Source: Nitrospirales bacterium (GTDB lineage Bacteria > Nitrospirota > Nitrospiria > Nitrospirales > UBA8639). Taken from it: 64,000 nucleotides of DNA. This document shows, piece after piece, positions 29,664 to 42,152 of the stretch (position 1 is the first letter of the stretch; each line of letters starts with the position of its first letter). Location of the stretch: assembly GCA_963422365.1 (NCBI GenBank), contig OY729426.1, positions 2,048,001-2,112,000 on the forward strand, given 5' to 3'. A program made the position numbers and the translations under genes. Below the pieces are notes generated by a model that saw nothing but the letters and a program-made list of their open reading frames with translations, was not told where the DNA came from and made no database searches.

Positions 29664-31106
29664 TTATCTCAAATAATCCAGCATGATCGTGGCAAATCCA
29701 AGGTAGATGCTGACCCCTGTAACATCCATAACCGTGGTGATAAACGGTCCCGCTGCCACCGCTGGGTCAACATGCAAGGTTCGTAAGAGCAAGGGGGTCA
29801 CCGTGGCGATACTCGACGAAATAATAAACGTAATCAGTAATGCGCCACCAACCACTAACCCTAAATACCCATTCCCCTGCCACATCCATCCCACTAAAAA
29901 AAGTAAAATCCCACAGAGCACACCCAAGAGTAATCCAATACGCAACTCTCGAAACACGACTTTCCAAATATCACTAGGCTCGACACGACCCGTGGCAAGA
30001 CCCCGAATGATCAGCGTCGAAGATTGGAGCCCCAGATTTCCCGCCATCGCCGCAATCACAGGAATAAAGGTCACCACGGCGACGACTTCTTGAATCGTCA
30101 ACCGGAACGACCACAGAATGAATCCCGACACAAGGCTGCCGGCCAAATTGGCAAACAACCAGGGGAACCGCAACCCTGCCGCGAGAAAACTAGGGGTACG
30201 CATCTGCGCGTCTTCTTGGGCAGCTCCGGCCATCTTTAACATATCTTTGGTGTCTTCATCTCGAATGACATCCACCACGTCGTCTACCGTAATAATCCCC
30301 ACGAGCCGATGCTCGGCATCGATAACCGGGATCGCCAAGAGGTTGTAATTCGCAACTTGACTCGCGACTTCTTTTTGTTCGGTATCCACGCTCACACTAA
30401 TCACGTCACGGAAGAGCATGCTTTTCAAGGGGGCCGTAGGCGCACCCACCAGTAATTCGCGCAACGAGATCACTCCGGTCAGTCGTCCTTCACGGTCCGT
30501 CGCATAAATATAAAACACCGTCTCGGCCTTGGTAGCCTGTTGAAGACGCTGGATCGCTTCCCGGGCCATGATTTCCTCAGGCAGAGAAAAAACCTCCGTC
30601 GTCATAATGCTGCCGGCTGTCCCCTTGAGGTAGGCCATGAGATTAGCGACCTCTTGAGACTCTTCGGCTTTCATGAGCGGCAAAATATTCTGCGCCAACT
30701 GCTCAGGCAGTACGCCTAAGATATACGCGGCGTCATCCGCCGGCACGATCCGTAACATCCAGGCAATATCGGCGGGATTCCGATCTTCGAGTAATTCCAG
30801 GATTCTCTCGTTACTTAATTCACTCACCACCTGCCCTTGCTCTGCCACACCTTCGACCAACTCAAAGATCGTCCGTCGTTCCTGAAGCGTATCCAAATTC
30901 ATAATCACTCGGGCAACGTCTGCAGGATGCAACCGGGCAATCAAATTTGCCAGGTTCGAAATGGCCCCACGTTTCAAGAGACGACGTGTCGAGAGTCGCA
31001 CCACGTCAAACTTGCTCTGACTATTCGTGGTCATCGAGACAGCTTGAGCTTGGGCAGGCTCAGAGACACCTGGAGCCATGGTCTTTGCTGGGTCCATCAC
31101 GGTCAT
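29664..31106 (-). CDS. mgtE: Magnesium transporter MgtE
   Basis: LHPADVA, TAGSIMT, CBS pair, MAGNLGLQS, DPAVAAGPFITTVMD. Confidence 0.95.
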   Translation of the reverse strand: MTVMDPAKTMAPGVSEPAQAQAVSMTTNSQSKFDVVRLSTRRLLKRGAISNLANLIARLHPADVARVIMNLDTLQERRTIFELVEGVAEQGQVVSELSNERILELLEDRNPADIAWMLRIVPADDAAYILGVLPEQLAQNILPLMKAEESQEVANLMAYLKGTAGSIMTTEVFSLPEEIMAREAIQRLQQATKAETVFYIYATDREGRLTGVISLRELLVGAPTAPLKSMLFRDVISVSVDTEQKEVASQVANYNLLAIPVIDAEHRLVGIITVDDVVDVIRDEDTKDMLKMAGAAQEDAQMRTPSFLAAGLRFPWLFANLAGSLVSGFILWSFRLTIQEVVAVVTFIPVIAAMAGNLGLQSSTLIIRGLATGRVEPSDIWKVVFRELRIGLLLGVLCGILLFLVGWMWQGNGYLGLVVGGALLITFIISSSIATVTPLLLRTLHVDPAVAAGPFITTVMDVTGVSIYLGFATIMLDYLR

Positions 31107-31107
31107 T

Positions 31108-31995
31108 TCAATATCCTAATTCTGCCAACAGACGGTCATCATCGCGCCAAGCCTTTTTCACTTTCACGTGGAGCGCTAAAAAGACTCTGCTTGCCAAAGC
31201 CTTCGCTAACTCCATCCGGGCGGCGGTGCCAATCGTTTTTAAACGCGCTCCTGATTTTCCAATCACAATCGCCTTCTGACCGGGTTTCTCAACGACAATG
31301 GAAGCGGCAATCTTGATGACACGTCCTTCTTCTTGAAACTCGTCTACCTTCACGGCGACGGCATAGGGCAGTTCCGCCTTGGTCGATTCGATGACTTTCT
31401 CCCGTATGGTTTCTGCTGCCAGATGACGCCGTGACTGGTCCGTGACAAAACTTTCCTCAAAGGCTTCTTCCTGCTCAACCACGCGATCAAAAATCAGCGA
31501 CGCCAACCGGTCAACATTCAGTCCGGTTTGGGCCGATAATGGAACAATCTCCGTCCACTCCCCTAGGGCGCGATACGCCTCGATCACCGGCAACACGTGA
31601 CGTTTACGAATCAAATCGATTTTATTGACTAACAAAAAAACAGGTAACCCCTGAGGTCGCTCGGGCATCGAGAATATTTGGTCTACCACAAATCGATCTC
31701 CAGGGCCAGGCAAATTGTGGCCATCGACCATGACGGCAAGCAGATCGGCATCGTGAATGGCATCCAACGCCGCTCGCACCATGAGTGTATTGAGTCGATG
31801 CCAGGGTCGGTGTAACCCCGGCGTATCCAACAAAGCTAATTGCCCTTGTGGGAAATGTGCCACCCCGAGAATCCGAGCACGCGTCGTCTGCGGTTTGTCG
31901 GAAACAATAGCAATTTTTTGATTGACCAACAGATTGACGAGCGTGGATTTCCCCACATTGGGACAACCCACAACAGCCATAGTGCCGAATTTCAT
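31108..31995 (-). CDS. era: GTPase Era
   Basis: GCPNVGKSTL, KPQTTR, DTPG, NKID, KH domain VIGKSG. Confidence 0.95.
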   Translation of the reverse strand: MKFGTMAVVGCPNVGKSTLVNLLVNQKIAIVSDKPQTTRARILGVAHFPQGQLALLDTPGLHRPWHRLNTLMVRAALDAIHDADLLAVMVDGHNLPGPGDRFVVDQIFSMPERPQGLPVFLLVNKIDLIRKRHVLPVIEAYRALGEWTEIVPLSAQTGLNVDRLASLIFDRVVEQEEAFEESFVTDQSRRHLAAETIREKVIESTKAELPYAVAVKVDEFQEEGRVIKIAASIVVEKPGQKAIVIGKSGARLKTIGTAARMELAKALASRVFLALHVKVKKAWRDDDRLLAELGY

Positions 31996-32085
31996 AACTC
32001 AACCAACAGGCAATGGGTAGCGGAAGGAATGCTCAAAAGAAGCGTGCAGGCAGGAAACCCTACGGGGTTCTGTGCCCATCACTAG

Positions 32086-32122
32086 CCCCCCTCACCCCAG
32101 CCCTTTCCCTTAGGGGAGAAGG
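32086..32122 (+). repeat. REP-like extragenic element (CCCTCACCCCAGCCCT...GGGAGAAGG type)
   Basis: ccccctcaccccagccctttcccttaggggagaagg, imperfect hairpin between era and ftsB. Confidence 0.55.
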
Positions 32123-32131
32123 AAAATGTGT

Positions 32132-32464
32132 CTACGGCGACTCAACGAACTGATACACCGTCTCTCCTTCCTTCACATACCCTAACCGATCCCTTGCCAA
32201 TGTTTCCAGGGTAAAGAGATCGGATTCCAGACGCTGAATTTCCTCTCGAAAATCGGTATTCGCCTGTTCTAGCGAGGCAATCTCTTCTTTCGTCCTATCG
32301 AGTTCTTGTATCATCCTCCAATACCGGGGCAACCCCACCCCTTCCAACATCCAAACGAGGCACAGCGCAATCCCAATGATGAGACCAAGGGGATAGGCCA
32401 TAGATCGTGAAATGGACCACTGACGCGGTTTCTCCGCTGGATGGTTTCGATTCTGGCGGACCAC
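32132..32464 (-). CDS. ftsB: Septum formation initiator FtsB/DivIC
   Basis: TM helix, coiled coil, LARDRLGYVKEGETVY; downstream of eno. Confidence 0.88.
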   Translation of the reverse strand: MVRQNRNHPAEKPRQWSISRSMAYPLGLIIGIALCLVWMLEGVGLPRYWRMIQELDRTKEEIASLEQANTDFREEIQRLESDLFTLETLARDRLGYVKEGETVYQFVESP

Positions 32465-32465
32465 C

Positions 32466-33755
<1,290 letters not shown>

Positions 33756-33890
33756 TCAGGCGCTCCTTTCCGCAAAAAGGAATTTCTCCGAAACGAATCA
33801 GCCGATGACAGACATGTTCGCATCATCTTGGGTTTCTGGTGTTTGACAAAACACGAAATGGTCGGGCGGGACGGCAAACAGGATTGGGCT

Positions 33891-35321
33891 TTATTGCGAA
33901 AGCCGTGCTTTGAACAATGCATGCACTTTTTGGGGATTGGCTTTTCCCCCGGAACCTTTCATGACTTGGCCGACGAAGAATCCGATAACCGTGTCTTTGC
34001 CCCCTCGATATTGAGCCACCTGTGTCGGGTACTTCTCGATGACAGCATGAACCAAAGCCAGCAACGTCCCTTCGTCAGACAGTTGCTGAAGTCCTTTTTC
34101 TTCCACGAGTTGAGCGGCCGATTTATCTCCGGCATAAAGTTCTGGGAAAATTTCCTTGGCGACTTTCAAACTGATGGTTTCCTCATGTACGAGTTTCAAT
34201 AATCCCACCAGCCGTTCCGGCGACACAGGGAAAGACTCAACGGTCGTCCCGGATTGATGCCTCTCTCGCAGCAATTCACTCATCATGAAGTTACTAATGG
34301 TTTTAGGTTCGGCAAAGAACGCAACACAGTCTTCAAAATAATCGGCCAAGGCACGAGAACTCGTGAGCACGCCGGCATCATAGTCCGGCAATCCATAGTC
34401 CCTCAGAAATCGCTGATGCCGATCCCGGGGTAATTCCTGAAGGGTGGCTCGTACTGCTTCAATCCACTCGTCTGAAATTGAAAGCGGAACGAGATCGGGA
34501 TCAGGAAAATAGCGATAATCATGGGCTTCTTCTTTGCTGCGCATGACCACGGTTTGGCTACGATTCATGTCCCACAATCTGGTTTCCTGATCGATCGTTC
34601 CTCCCTTCGTGAGGACTTTGGTTTGACGTTTGATTTCATATTCAATGGCATCTTTGACAAATTTAAACGAGTTAATGTTTTTGAGTTCCACTTTCGTGCC
34701 AAATAGGTCAGATCCTATGGGCCTCAACGAAAGGTTGGGTTCACATCGAAGACGACCTTGCTCCATGTTGCCGTCACAAACGTCTACGTACATCAACACG
34801 TCCCGCAAGGACTTTAAATACGCGACGACTTCTTCAGCCGAACGCATATCAGGCTCGGTCACAATTTCGACCAACGGTGTTCCCGCTCGATTGAGATCGA
34901 CGAAACTGCCGGCTCCTTCACTCGCGTGAATATTTTTCCCTGCATCTTCTTCCAAATGCGCTCGCCGAATTCTTACCTTTTTGGAAGTCCCATTCGCCTT
35001 GAACTCCATCCATCCATTCTCACAAATGGGCCTGTCATACTGGGAAATTTGATACCCTTTCGGTAAATCCGGGTAAAAATAATTTTTTCTGGCAAATTGA
35101 TGAGTCGTCCGAACGGTGCAATGCAAAGCCAATCCCGTCCGAATCGCCAGTTCCACCGCACGTTGATTCACGACCGGCAGAGCGCCGGGCAAGCCCAGAC
35201 AAACAGGACAGGTCTGGGTATTGGCGGGCAACCCAAATTCCGTCGCACAACCGCAAAACATTTTCGAATGCGTTCGGAGTTGGGCGTGAACTTCCAGCCC
35301 AATGATAACTTCGAATGTCAC
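33891..35321 (-). CDS. gatB: Asp/Glu-tRNA amidotransferase subunit B
   Basis: [44 protein letters not shown]. Confidence 0.98.
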   Translation of the reverse strand: MTFEVIIGLEVHAQLRTHSKMFCGCATEFGLPANTQTCPVCLGLPGALPVVNQRAVELAIRTGLALHCTVRTTHQFARKNYFYPDLPKGYQISQYDRPICENGWMEFKANGTSKKVRIRRAHLEEDAGKNIHASEGAGSFVDLNRAGTPLVEIVTEPDMRSAEEVVAYLKSLRDVLMYVDVCDGNMEQGRLRCEPNLSLRPIGSDLFGTKVELKNINSFKFVKDAIEYEIKRQTKVLTKGGTIDQETRLWDMNRSQTVVMRSKEEAHDYRYFPDPDLVPLSISDEWIEAVRATLQELPRDRHQRFLRDYGLPDYDAGVLTSSRALADYFEDCVAFFAEPKTISNFMMSELLRERHQSGTTVESFPVSPERLVGLLKLVHEETISLKVAKEIFPELYAGDKSAAQLVEEKGLQQLSDEGTLLALVHAVIEKYPTQVAQYRGGKDTVIGFFVGQVMKGSGGKANPQKVHALFKARLSQ

Positions 35322-35647
35322 AATGACGTATTGGATTCTTCTGAAGAGGGGCGCCGAGTTTGATGCATAGCCTCTCGCCCCGCATCCACCGCATCCTTGA
35401 CGACCGTCCCTGCCTCATCCAGAAACTCACGGCCTCTGCTCATGACATCGTCCCAGGTATCTGTGGCTTTTTCCGAAAAATCTCGAACATCATCACTCGC
35501 CTGACGCGCCGTGCGGAACAAGGTCTCTCGTGATTCCCGACCAGTTTGGGGCGCCAATAATAAGGCCGTCACGGCGCCGAACGCCATCCCGCTCAAAAAA
35601 GCCAACATCACGCTGCCGGCTGATGCGTCAGCATTAGTGTTTCCCAT
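35318..35647 (-). CDS. YtxH domain protein
   Basis: [24 protein letters not shown]. Confidence 0.85.
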   Translation of the reverse strand: MGNTNADASAGSVMLAFLSGMAFGAVTALLLAPQTGRESRETLFRTARQASDDVRDFSEKATDTWDDVMSRGREFLDEAGTVVKDAVDAGREAMHQTRRPSSEESNTSL

Positions 35648-36038
35648 TTCTTTGCCCTCCTTCTTTTTGTACGCGATCTTTCAATGTGAGGGCCACGGCC
35701 CTCATACCCGCCATCACCCGACCCAGACTCATGATAAGCGTCGTACTTTTTCCGCGAACGACTCCATGGACTTGATTGATCGTCTGGCCCATGTCGCCAA
35801 CGGCATTCATCAACACAGACGCCCGCTCCACTCCTTCCCGAGCTTGGGTGGACATGACTCGGACATTCTCACTCGTCCGTTTGAGCTCTTTCAGAAGCCC
35901 GGGCAATTCGGAATTAATCTGTGACAGTAATCGGTCGGATTGAAGCACGGTCTTGCGCAGTTGAATCACAGTCGGAACGATATAGCCCACAAGCACCACA
36001 AAGGCTACAGCAATTACCACGGCGGCAAAATCAATCAT
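35634..36038 (-). CDS. DUF948 (YoxC-like) protein
   Basis: N-terminal TM AAVVIAVAFVVLV, coiled coil, adjacent to YtxH. Confidence 0.82.
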   Translation of the reverse strand: MIDFAAVVIAVAFVVLVGYIVPTVIQLRKTVLQSDRLLSQINSELPGLLKELKRTSENVRVMSTQAREGVERASVLMNAVGDMGQTINQVHGVVRGKSTTLIMSLGRVMAGMRAVALTLKDRVQKEGGQRNGKH

Positions 36039-36050
36039 GCGTCACCTTCC

Positions 36051-37520
36051 CTATCGAATACGTGGTCGTTTTTTGTGCCAGTCTGTTGCCAATTCATACG
36101 CACGCGCTGCCCGAAGAACGACTTCTTCTTCAAAGTGGCGACCCAAAATTTGCATGCCGATCGGTAACCCCTTCCGACTCAACCCGCAAGGCAGTGAAAT
36201 CGCCGGAATCCCTGCCAAACTCGCGGAGATGGTGTAGAGATCCGACAGATACATTTGCAGAGGATCTTCTATTTTTTCACCGAGTTGAAACGCCGTGGTC
36301 GGCATCACGGGGGTGACAAGCAAATCGAAATCCTGAAAAACCCGATCGAAATCCTGTCGAATGAGGGTTCGCACTGCTTGAGCTTTGGCATAATAGGCAT
36401 CATAGTACCCACTGCTCAAGGCATAGGTGCCCAGCATCATCCGCCGTTTCACCTCCGGTCCGAACCCTTCTTGGCGCGTGCGCCGATACATCTCCAAGAG
36501 ATCCAGGCTTTCTTGGGCCCGGAATCCATATTTAATGCCATCATATCGGGCCAGATTCGAACTCGCCTCTGCCGTCGCCACAATATAATACGTCGCCACG
36601 GCAACCCCCGTATGCGGGAGTGACACCTCTTGAATCGTACCGCCCAATTCTTCAAGCACGGAGAGTGCTTCGCAGACGGCATTATGGACTTCCGGATCCA
36701 ATCCTTCTCCAAAGAATTCGAGCGGAACCCCGATTTTCAGTTTTTTGACATCTTTCTTCTTAAAAGCCCGCGCAAAATCGGGAACGGACTCGTCGGCTGA
36801 GGTCGAATCCCGCGGATCATGACCGGCAAGCACGTTCATCATCAACCCGGCATCCATGACATTCTTGGTAATGGGCCCGATTTGATCCAGAGAGGAGGCA
36901 AACGCAATGAGCCCATAGCGAGACACCCGGCCATACGTCGGTTTCAGGCCAACGACCCCACAACACGCGGCTGGTTGGCGAATGGACCCGCCTGTATCCG
37001 TCCCCAGAGCCGCAACGCATTCATCGGCAGCCACAGCCGCTGCAGAACCGCCACTCGATCCGCCCGGCACATAGGAAAGTTTCCAAGGATTTCGACTCGG
37101 ACCAAAAGCCGAATGTTCGGTAGACGACCCCATCCCAAATTCATCCAGATTGGTTTTCCCCATAAGAAAACACTGCTGCGCTCGCAGCGTATCCACAACA
37201 GTGGCCGAATACGGCGGGGTGAATCCCCCAAGAATACGAGACCCACAAGTCGTGGGAAGGTCTTCCGTGCAAATATTATCTTTGACGGCAATCGGCATCG
37301 CCATCATGGGCTTCGTTTTCCTCCAGATCCTCAAGGAATCATCCAACGCCTTGGCCTGGGACAGCATGGTCTCTTTGTCGTTCAGCGTAATATAGGCTTT
37401 GACCTTCGACTCCACTACACTGATCCGAAGAAAGGAGGCGCGGGTGATCTCTACGGCGCTCACTTCTCCACGTGTAAATCGATCCTGAAGCTCTTTTAGA
37501 GTACATTTAACAAGTGACAT
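36051..37520 (-). CDS. gatA: Asp/Glu-tRNA amidotransferase subunit A
   Basis: [44 protein letters not shown]; start at ATG 37520. Confidence 0.97.
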   Translation of the reverse strand: MSLVKCTLKELQDRFTRGEVSAVEITRASFLRISVVESKVKAYITLNDKETMLSQAKALDDSLRIWRKTKPMMAMPIAVKDNICTEDLPTTCGSRILGGFTPPYSATVVDTLRAQQCFLMGKTNLDEFGMGSSTEHSAFGPSRNPWKLSYVPGGSSGGSAAAVAADECVAALGTDTGGSIRQPAACCGVVGLKPTYGRVSRYGLIAFASSLDQIGPITKNVMDAGLMMNVLAGHDPRDSTSADESVPDFARAFKKKDVKKLKIGVPLEFFGEGLDPEVHNAVCEALSVLEELGGTIQEVSLPHTGVAVATYYIVATAEASSNLARYDGIKYGFRAQESLDLLEMYRRTRQEGFGPEVKRRMMLGTYALSSGYYDAYYAKAQAVRTLIRQDFDRVFQDFDLLVTPVMPTTAFQLGEKIEDPLQMYLSDLYTISASLAGIPAISLPCGLSRKGLPIGMQILGRHFEEEVVLRAARAYELATDWHKKRPRIR

Positions 37521-37582
37521 GGCAAGAAAACAGGTTCTACGAGCGAAGGGAAATGGACAATCGAAAGCCCCCCGTTCGGCGA

Positions 37583-37939
37583 TTAGGAGCAATTGAGTAT
37601 TCGATTGTCTTCGTCTACTTGAATGATTCGAGGGCGATGATGCTTTGCTTCGGCCTCATTATAGTACTCATAACAAAAAATGATGACCCGATCCCTAATC
37701 ACCCCTTTTCTGGCCGTGGGTCCATTGAGCACGACTTCGCCGGATCCACGTTTTCCATTGATGGCATAGGTGGTGAATCGCTCGCCATTCTGCAAATTCG
37801 AGACCATCACGAGTTCATAGGGTAAAATCCCAGCCGCATCCAACAAATCTTCATCAACGGTCAGACTCCCCTCATATTCCAAGCAGGCATCCGTAACGAC
37901 TGCTCGGTGGATTTTCGCCCGCAACATGTGTCGTAACAT
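37583..37939 (-). CDS. panD: Aspartate 1-decarboxylase
   Basis: KIHRAVVT, YEGSLTVD (G-S autocleavage site), NGERFTTY, LNGPTAR. Confidence 0.96.
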   Translation of the reverse strand: MLRHMLRAKIHRAVVTDACLEYEGSLTVDEDLLDAAGILPYELVMVSNLQNGERFTTYAINGKRGSGEVVLNGPTARKGVIRDRVIIFCYEYYNEAEAKHHRPRIIQVDEDNRILNCS

Positions 37940-37960
37940 CGTTTTTCGATTCCCTGGGGT

Positions 37961-38263
37961 TTACCGATCACGAATAATTTGTGGCACGTGAAACAATCCA
38001 TCAACGACTTCAGGCGCGTTGCACAACGCCTGTGCTTGCGACAGTGAAGGACGCACCTCATCTTCACGCAACACGTCGGCATCACTGACGCCCACCGATG
38101 TCGTCCCTCGAATACCGGTAGTATCAACGGCATTTAACTCTTCCATATAGGTCAAAATACGACTCAGTTGGCTACCCAACCGCTCCCGTTCTTCCTGGCT
38201 CAGTTGAAGCCGAGCGAGATCCGCCACATGTTCCACGTCCTCTTGATTAATCTTAATGCTCAT
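37961..38263 (-). CDS. gatC: Asp/Glu-tRNA amidotransferase subunit C
   Basis: VEHVADLARL, LREDEV, ALCNAP...FHVPQI. Confidence 0.94.
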   Translation of the reverse strand: MSIKINQEDVEHVADLARLQLSQEERERLGSQLSRILTYMEELNAVDTTGIRGTTSVGVSDADVLREDEVRPSLSQAQALCNAPEVVDGLFHVPQIIRDR

Positions 38264-38445
38264 CGATGAAGGCCTTCTCCTCTTCTCCGGCAGGTAGGCT
38301 CCTCCTCCCACCCAAGGATGAGAATCTCATTCTAACAGTAGGTCTGAAATACAACAAAGAGGAATTTATTGTATCATGAAGGGTGTTGAAAATCTACGGG
38401 AGACCTTCAATATGCGGCAACGCTATTGGAGAAAAGAGTCGTGCG

Positions 38446-39177
38446 TTAACGCAGAGATTTGCTCGACGACAAGGCCATCGGCGGTGACATCCACCCCTCA
38501 TCGGCAAAGGAGGTATAGCGTCCATCACCAATGATGACGTGGTCAAGGACCCGTACGCCAAGAATTTCTCCCGCTTCCTGCAAACGTGCCGTTAACGCTC
38601 GGTCTTCTTGACTCGGCTTGGGATCCCCACTCGGATGATTATGTAAAAAAATCACAGCAGCCGCGGACTCACGGACGGCTTCATTGAAGACCTCCCTCGG
38701 ATGCACCAGACTGCTCGTCAAACTCCCTTCGGACACGGTTCTTTCTCGAATCACCGCATGTTTGGCATCAAGCAGGATCACCTTAAAGACCTCGCGCCGG
38801 AAGTCCCGCAACAGCGGATAGTAATGGTGAAAGACCGTTTGGCTTTGAGTAATCACTGTCCCAGTCGTCAGCGGAGTAGACAACACACGTTTTCCCAGCT
38901 CGATGGCCGCTTTGATCTGGGCAACTTTGGCCGGTCCGATACCCGGGACGTCGCAGAGTTCCTGTACACCTCGATTGGCTAAGCCCTGTAAGCCTCCCAA
39001 CTGCTGAAGAAGATCTATACCGACTTGAACGGCCGACGTTTTATGCCGTCCCACCCGAAGCACAATGGCCAGCAGCTGCGCATCCGTCAGAGACCCTGGA
39101 CCTTCCTCTAACAGTCGCTCACGTGGCCGTTCACCTTTTGGCCAATGCACGATCGCGTTAGAAAGTTCCTTGCCCAT
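38446..39177 (-). CDS. radC: RadC family JAB-domain protein
   Basis: ERPRERL, HhH GIGPAK, VHPREVF, HNHPSGDPKPSQED. Confidence 0.95.
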   Translation of the reverse strand: MGKELSNAIVHWPKGERPRERLLEEGPGSLTDAQLLAIVLRVGRHKTSAVQVGIDLLQQLGGLQGLANRGVQELCDVPGIGPAKVAQIKAAIELGKRVLSTPLTTGTVITQSQTVFHHYYPLLRDFRREVFKVILLDAKHAVIRERTVSEGSLTSSLVHPREVFNEAVRESAAAVIFLHNHPSGDPKPSQEDRALTARLQEAGEILGVRVLDHVIIGDGRYTSFADEGWMSPPMALSSSKSLR

Positions 39178-39338
39178 CCCCTCCTCTTCTTTCCGTCTCC
39201 TGCAGAAAAACCTCGACGACCGTCACCGCAAGGGCAACACATTTCGACCACAGCCGCACTCTCTATCAAAGCGGAGAATCCTTCTCTTGCTGCTAAGAAA
39301 ACCGTATGCTACTTTTTCTTGTCTAAAGGGGGCAAGCG

Positions 39339-39920
39339 GTGCGAGTTGTTGCCGGCACAAAAAAAGGGCGTCGTCTCAAGAAACCCGAAGGGAAAAACCT
39401 TCGTCCGACCTCGGCCAGAGTCCGTGAGGCCTTATTGTCGATCCTTTCCCATCGTATACAAGGCGCACGCGTGTTGGATCTCTACTCCGGAACCGGAGCA
39501 TTAGGTCTCGAGGCATTGAGTCGTGGGGCCCACCCGGTCGTGTTTGTGGAGAATCGTGTCGCTTCAGCACGAATCCTTCGGGAAAACGTCACCCGGTGCG
39601 GCGATGACGAACAATGTGTCGTCATCGCACAAAACGTTGAGATGTTTTTAGCCTCACCCCCAGCATTTGGCGAACCGCCTATGTTTGATATCGTCTTTGC
39701 CGACCCACCCTATCACACCACCGACCTGACACAGCTGCTCGAACAACTCAGCCTAAGTGGAAAAATTGTTTCACGAGGGGTGGTCATTCTTGAACATTTC
39801 GTTAAGCGCACCGTGCCGAGTCAAGTCGGATCGCTCACACAAACGCGTCAGTCTCGGTACGGCGACACCATGCTCACCTTCTTTCAACCGGCTGATTCTT
39901 CGGAGGACGCATGCGACTAG
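39339..39920 (+). CDS. rsmD: 16S rRNA m2G966 methyltransferase
   Basis: LRPTSARVREALL, LDLYSGTGALGLEALSRGA, FADPPY. Confidence 0.93.
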   Translation: MRVVAGTKKGRRLKKPEGKNLRPTSARVREALLSILSHRIQGARVLDLYSGTGALGLEALSRGAHPVVFVENRVASARILRENVTRCGDDEQCVVIAQNVEMFLASPPAFGEPPMFDIVFADPPYHTTDLTQLLEQLSLSGKIVSRGVVILEHFVKRTVPSQVGSLTQTRQSRYGDTMLTFFQPADSSEDACD

Positions 39921-40396
39921 CCGTCTATCCAGGTACCTTCGATCCCATTACTCGTGGACACACGGATATTGTCAGTCGCAGTCTTGGCATCTTCGACCGA
40001 CTGATCGTGGCCGTCGCGCCCAATCCGCGGAAGGAAGCGTTTCTTCCTCTTGAGGAACGAGTCGAACTTGCGAAAATCGCCACAAAAAAATTCCCCAATG
40101 TGGAAGTGGAATCGTTTGATGGCCTGTTAGTGGAATATGTTCGGCAACGAAAGGCCCATGCCATTATTCGAGGGCTACGAGCGGTCTCCGACTTCGAACA
40201 CGAGTTTCAAATGGCATTACTCAATCGTAAGCTTGACGAACGTTTGGAAACGGTTTTTCTGATGCCAAGCGAAGAATATTCGTATTTGACTTCCAGCATC
40301 GTCAAAGAACTGGCCCTGTTTGGAGGCGACTTGGCGGCTTTTCTCATTCCTGAGGTGTCCAAACACCTTCGTGAAAAATATGGGCACGCACGATGA
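39911..40396 (+). CDS. coaD: Phosphopantetheine adenylyltransferase
   Basis: YPGTFDPITRGH, RGLRAVSDFEHE, SSIVKE. Confidence 0.97.
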   Translation: MRLAVYPGTFDPITRGHTDIVSRSLGIFDRLIVAVAPNPRKEAFLPLEERVELAKIATKKFPNVEVESFDGLLVEYVRQRKAHAIIRGLRAVSDFEHEFQMALLNRKLDERLETVFLMPSEEYSYLTSSIVKELALFGGDLAAFLIPEVSKHLREKYGHAR

Positions 40397-41586
40397 AACT
40401 GGCCACCCGTACCACCCGAATCGTCCCGTCCCCGACCTTGAACATTTCGGCAACCGCCAAATCCATGGCGGCTCAAGGCATGGATGTCGCTGATTTTTCT
40501 GCAGGAGAACCGGCATGTGACACGCCTGACGTTGTGAAAGCAGCCGCGAAGTCGGCCATCACAGACGGGTTCACCAAATACACACCGGCCTCGGGTACCG
40601 ATGAACTCAAAGAAGCCATCATGGAAAAATTTTCTCGCGACCAGGGCGTCCGATACGAAAAATCTCAGATTCTGGTCTCCTGTGGGGCCAAGCACACCCT
40701 GTATAACCTTGCCCAAGCTCTTCTAGATCCCGGAGATGAAGTCATGATCCCTGCTCCGTATTGGGTCTCCTATCCGGATATTGTGCGCTTGGCCGATGGA
40801 CAACCGGTTATTCTGGAAACACGGGAGAGCCATGCCTATGCCATCGATCCGAAACAATTAGAAGCCAGCGTCACGACCCGCACCAAGGCACTGATCTTGA
40901 ATAGTCCGTGTAACCCAACAGGGACGCTCTATACACAGGATACGCTTCAAGCCGTAGCCGACGTGGCCAAACGTCACGGCTTTCTGATCATTTCCGACGA
41001 AATTTACGAAAAACTCGTCTATGGAGAAACCCCGTTTCTGAGTATCGTGTCCGCCGTACCTGAGATCGCCGACCAAACTCTTGTGGTCAATGGCGTGTCC
41101 AAAGCGTTTTCCATGACAGGGTGGCGTATTGGCTATGCAGGGGGACCGAAAGCATTAATCGCCGCGATGGCGACGATTCAAAGCCAAAGCACATCCAATC
41201 CAACGTCGATTTCGCAAAAAGCTGCAGTGGCCGCCCTCCAGAAAGGCACACCATTCTTCACCGAACTGCTTGAGGATCTCAGCCCCAAGCGTCGCCTCAT
41301 GGTTGACACATTAAACGCGATGCCCGGCATCATCTGTCCAAACCCTGCCGGGGCCTTTTATGTATTTCCCAATGTTTCTGGAGTCTTAGGCAAACGACAT
41401 GCAAAGGGAACGATCACGACCCCGACGGACTTGGCCACCTACTTATTACATGACGCTCACATTGCGTGTGTGCCAGGCGAAGCATTCGGAAGTCCACACC
41501 ATCTCCGGTTGACCTATACCCCGACGCTGGACACGATTGAACGAGGCCTGAAAAGGTTCGAAAAGGCGATTCAGGCTCTCGCGTGA
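40393..41586 (+). CDS. aspC: Aspartate aminotransferase-like class I PLP enzyme
   Basis: TKYTPASG, NSPCNPTG, SDEIY, SKAFSMTGWRIGY. Confidence 0.9.
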   Translation: MKLATRTTRIVPSPTLNISATAKSMAAQGMDVADFSAGEPACDTPDVVKAAAKSAITDGFTKYTPASGTDELKEAIMEKFSRDQGVRYEKSQILVSCGAKHTLYNLAQALLDPGDEVMIPAPYWVSYPDIVRLADGQPVILETRESHAYAIDPKQLEASVTTRTKALILNSPCNPTGTLYTQDTLQAVADVAKRHGFLIISDEIYEKLVYGETPFLSIVSAVPEIADQTLVVNGVSKAFSMTGWRIGYAGGPKALIAAMATIQSQSTSNPTSISQKAAVAALQKGTPFFTELLEDLSPKRRLMVDTLNAMPGIICPNPAGAFYVFPNVSGVLGKRHAKGTITTPTDLATYLLHDAHIACVPGEAFGSPHHLRLTYTPTLDTIERGLKRFEKAIQALA

Positions 41587-41663
41587 TCCCCAGCTCCTTG
41601 ACTTTACGAATAAAAATATTATTAAAAATAAAATGAAACGGTCTGTGAAATGGGAGGGTAACG

Positions 41664-42032
41664 ATGCCGATATACGAATATGAATGTGAGATCTGCCACC
41701 ATCAATTCGAAATCCAGCAAAAATTTTCCGATCCGCTGATTGAAAAATGCATACAATGCGGGAATGGAGTACGAAAACTCATCTCGGCTCCTGGCATCAT
41801 GTTCAAAGGAACCGGCTGGTATGTAACGGATTACTCTAATAAGCTGAAAGATCCCAACCCGTCCACACCCAATGGGAGGAGTGAAAAAGACGGGGCCAAG
41901 AATGAGGAGAAAGCAGGAAACGCGCGCGAGAACAGTAAAGCCGGCTCCTCTACGCAGCCGTCCGCGTCAACAACGCCATCATCGAGTTCAGCCGCCTCGG
42001 ATGGAGGGTCGTCGTCAAGTTCCGAGACCTGA
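41664..42032 (+). CDS. FmdB family zinc-ribbon protein
   Basis: MPIYEYECxxC...CxxC...FKGTGWYVTDY; Ser-rich tail. Confidence 0.92.
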   Translation: MPIYEYECEICHHQFEIQQKFSDPLIEKCIQCGNGVRKLISAPGIMFKGTGWYVTDYSNKLKDPNPSTPNGRSEKDGAKNEEKAGNARENSKAGSSTQPSASTTPSSSSAASDGGSSSSSET

Positions 42033-42076
42033 CCATCTTATTGTAACTACACGATCTTATCGCGCCTTTCAGTTAT

Positions 42077-42139
42077 GTAGGTTGGATGAGCGTAACCCCC
42101 GCGTCCGCGGGGGCAGGCTTTCTCCCATCAAGGAAGAGG
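42077..42139 (+). repeat. Composite REP-like element
   Basis: GTAG start, CCCCCGCG-tc-CGCGGGGG hairpin, then tctcccatcaaggaagagg resembling the 32086 element. Confidence 0.5.
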
Positions 42140-42152
42140 AGATACTGAAAGC

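Noticed and set aside
38446..39177. radC as a marker of a mobile element
   Set aside because: Full-length HhH-containing form among housekeeping genes, not the short mobile-element type
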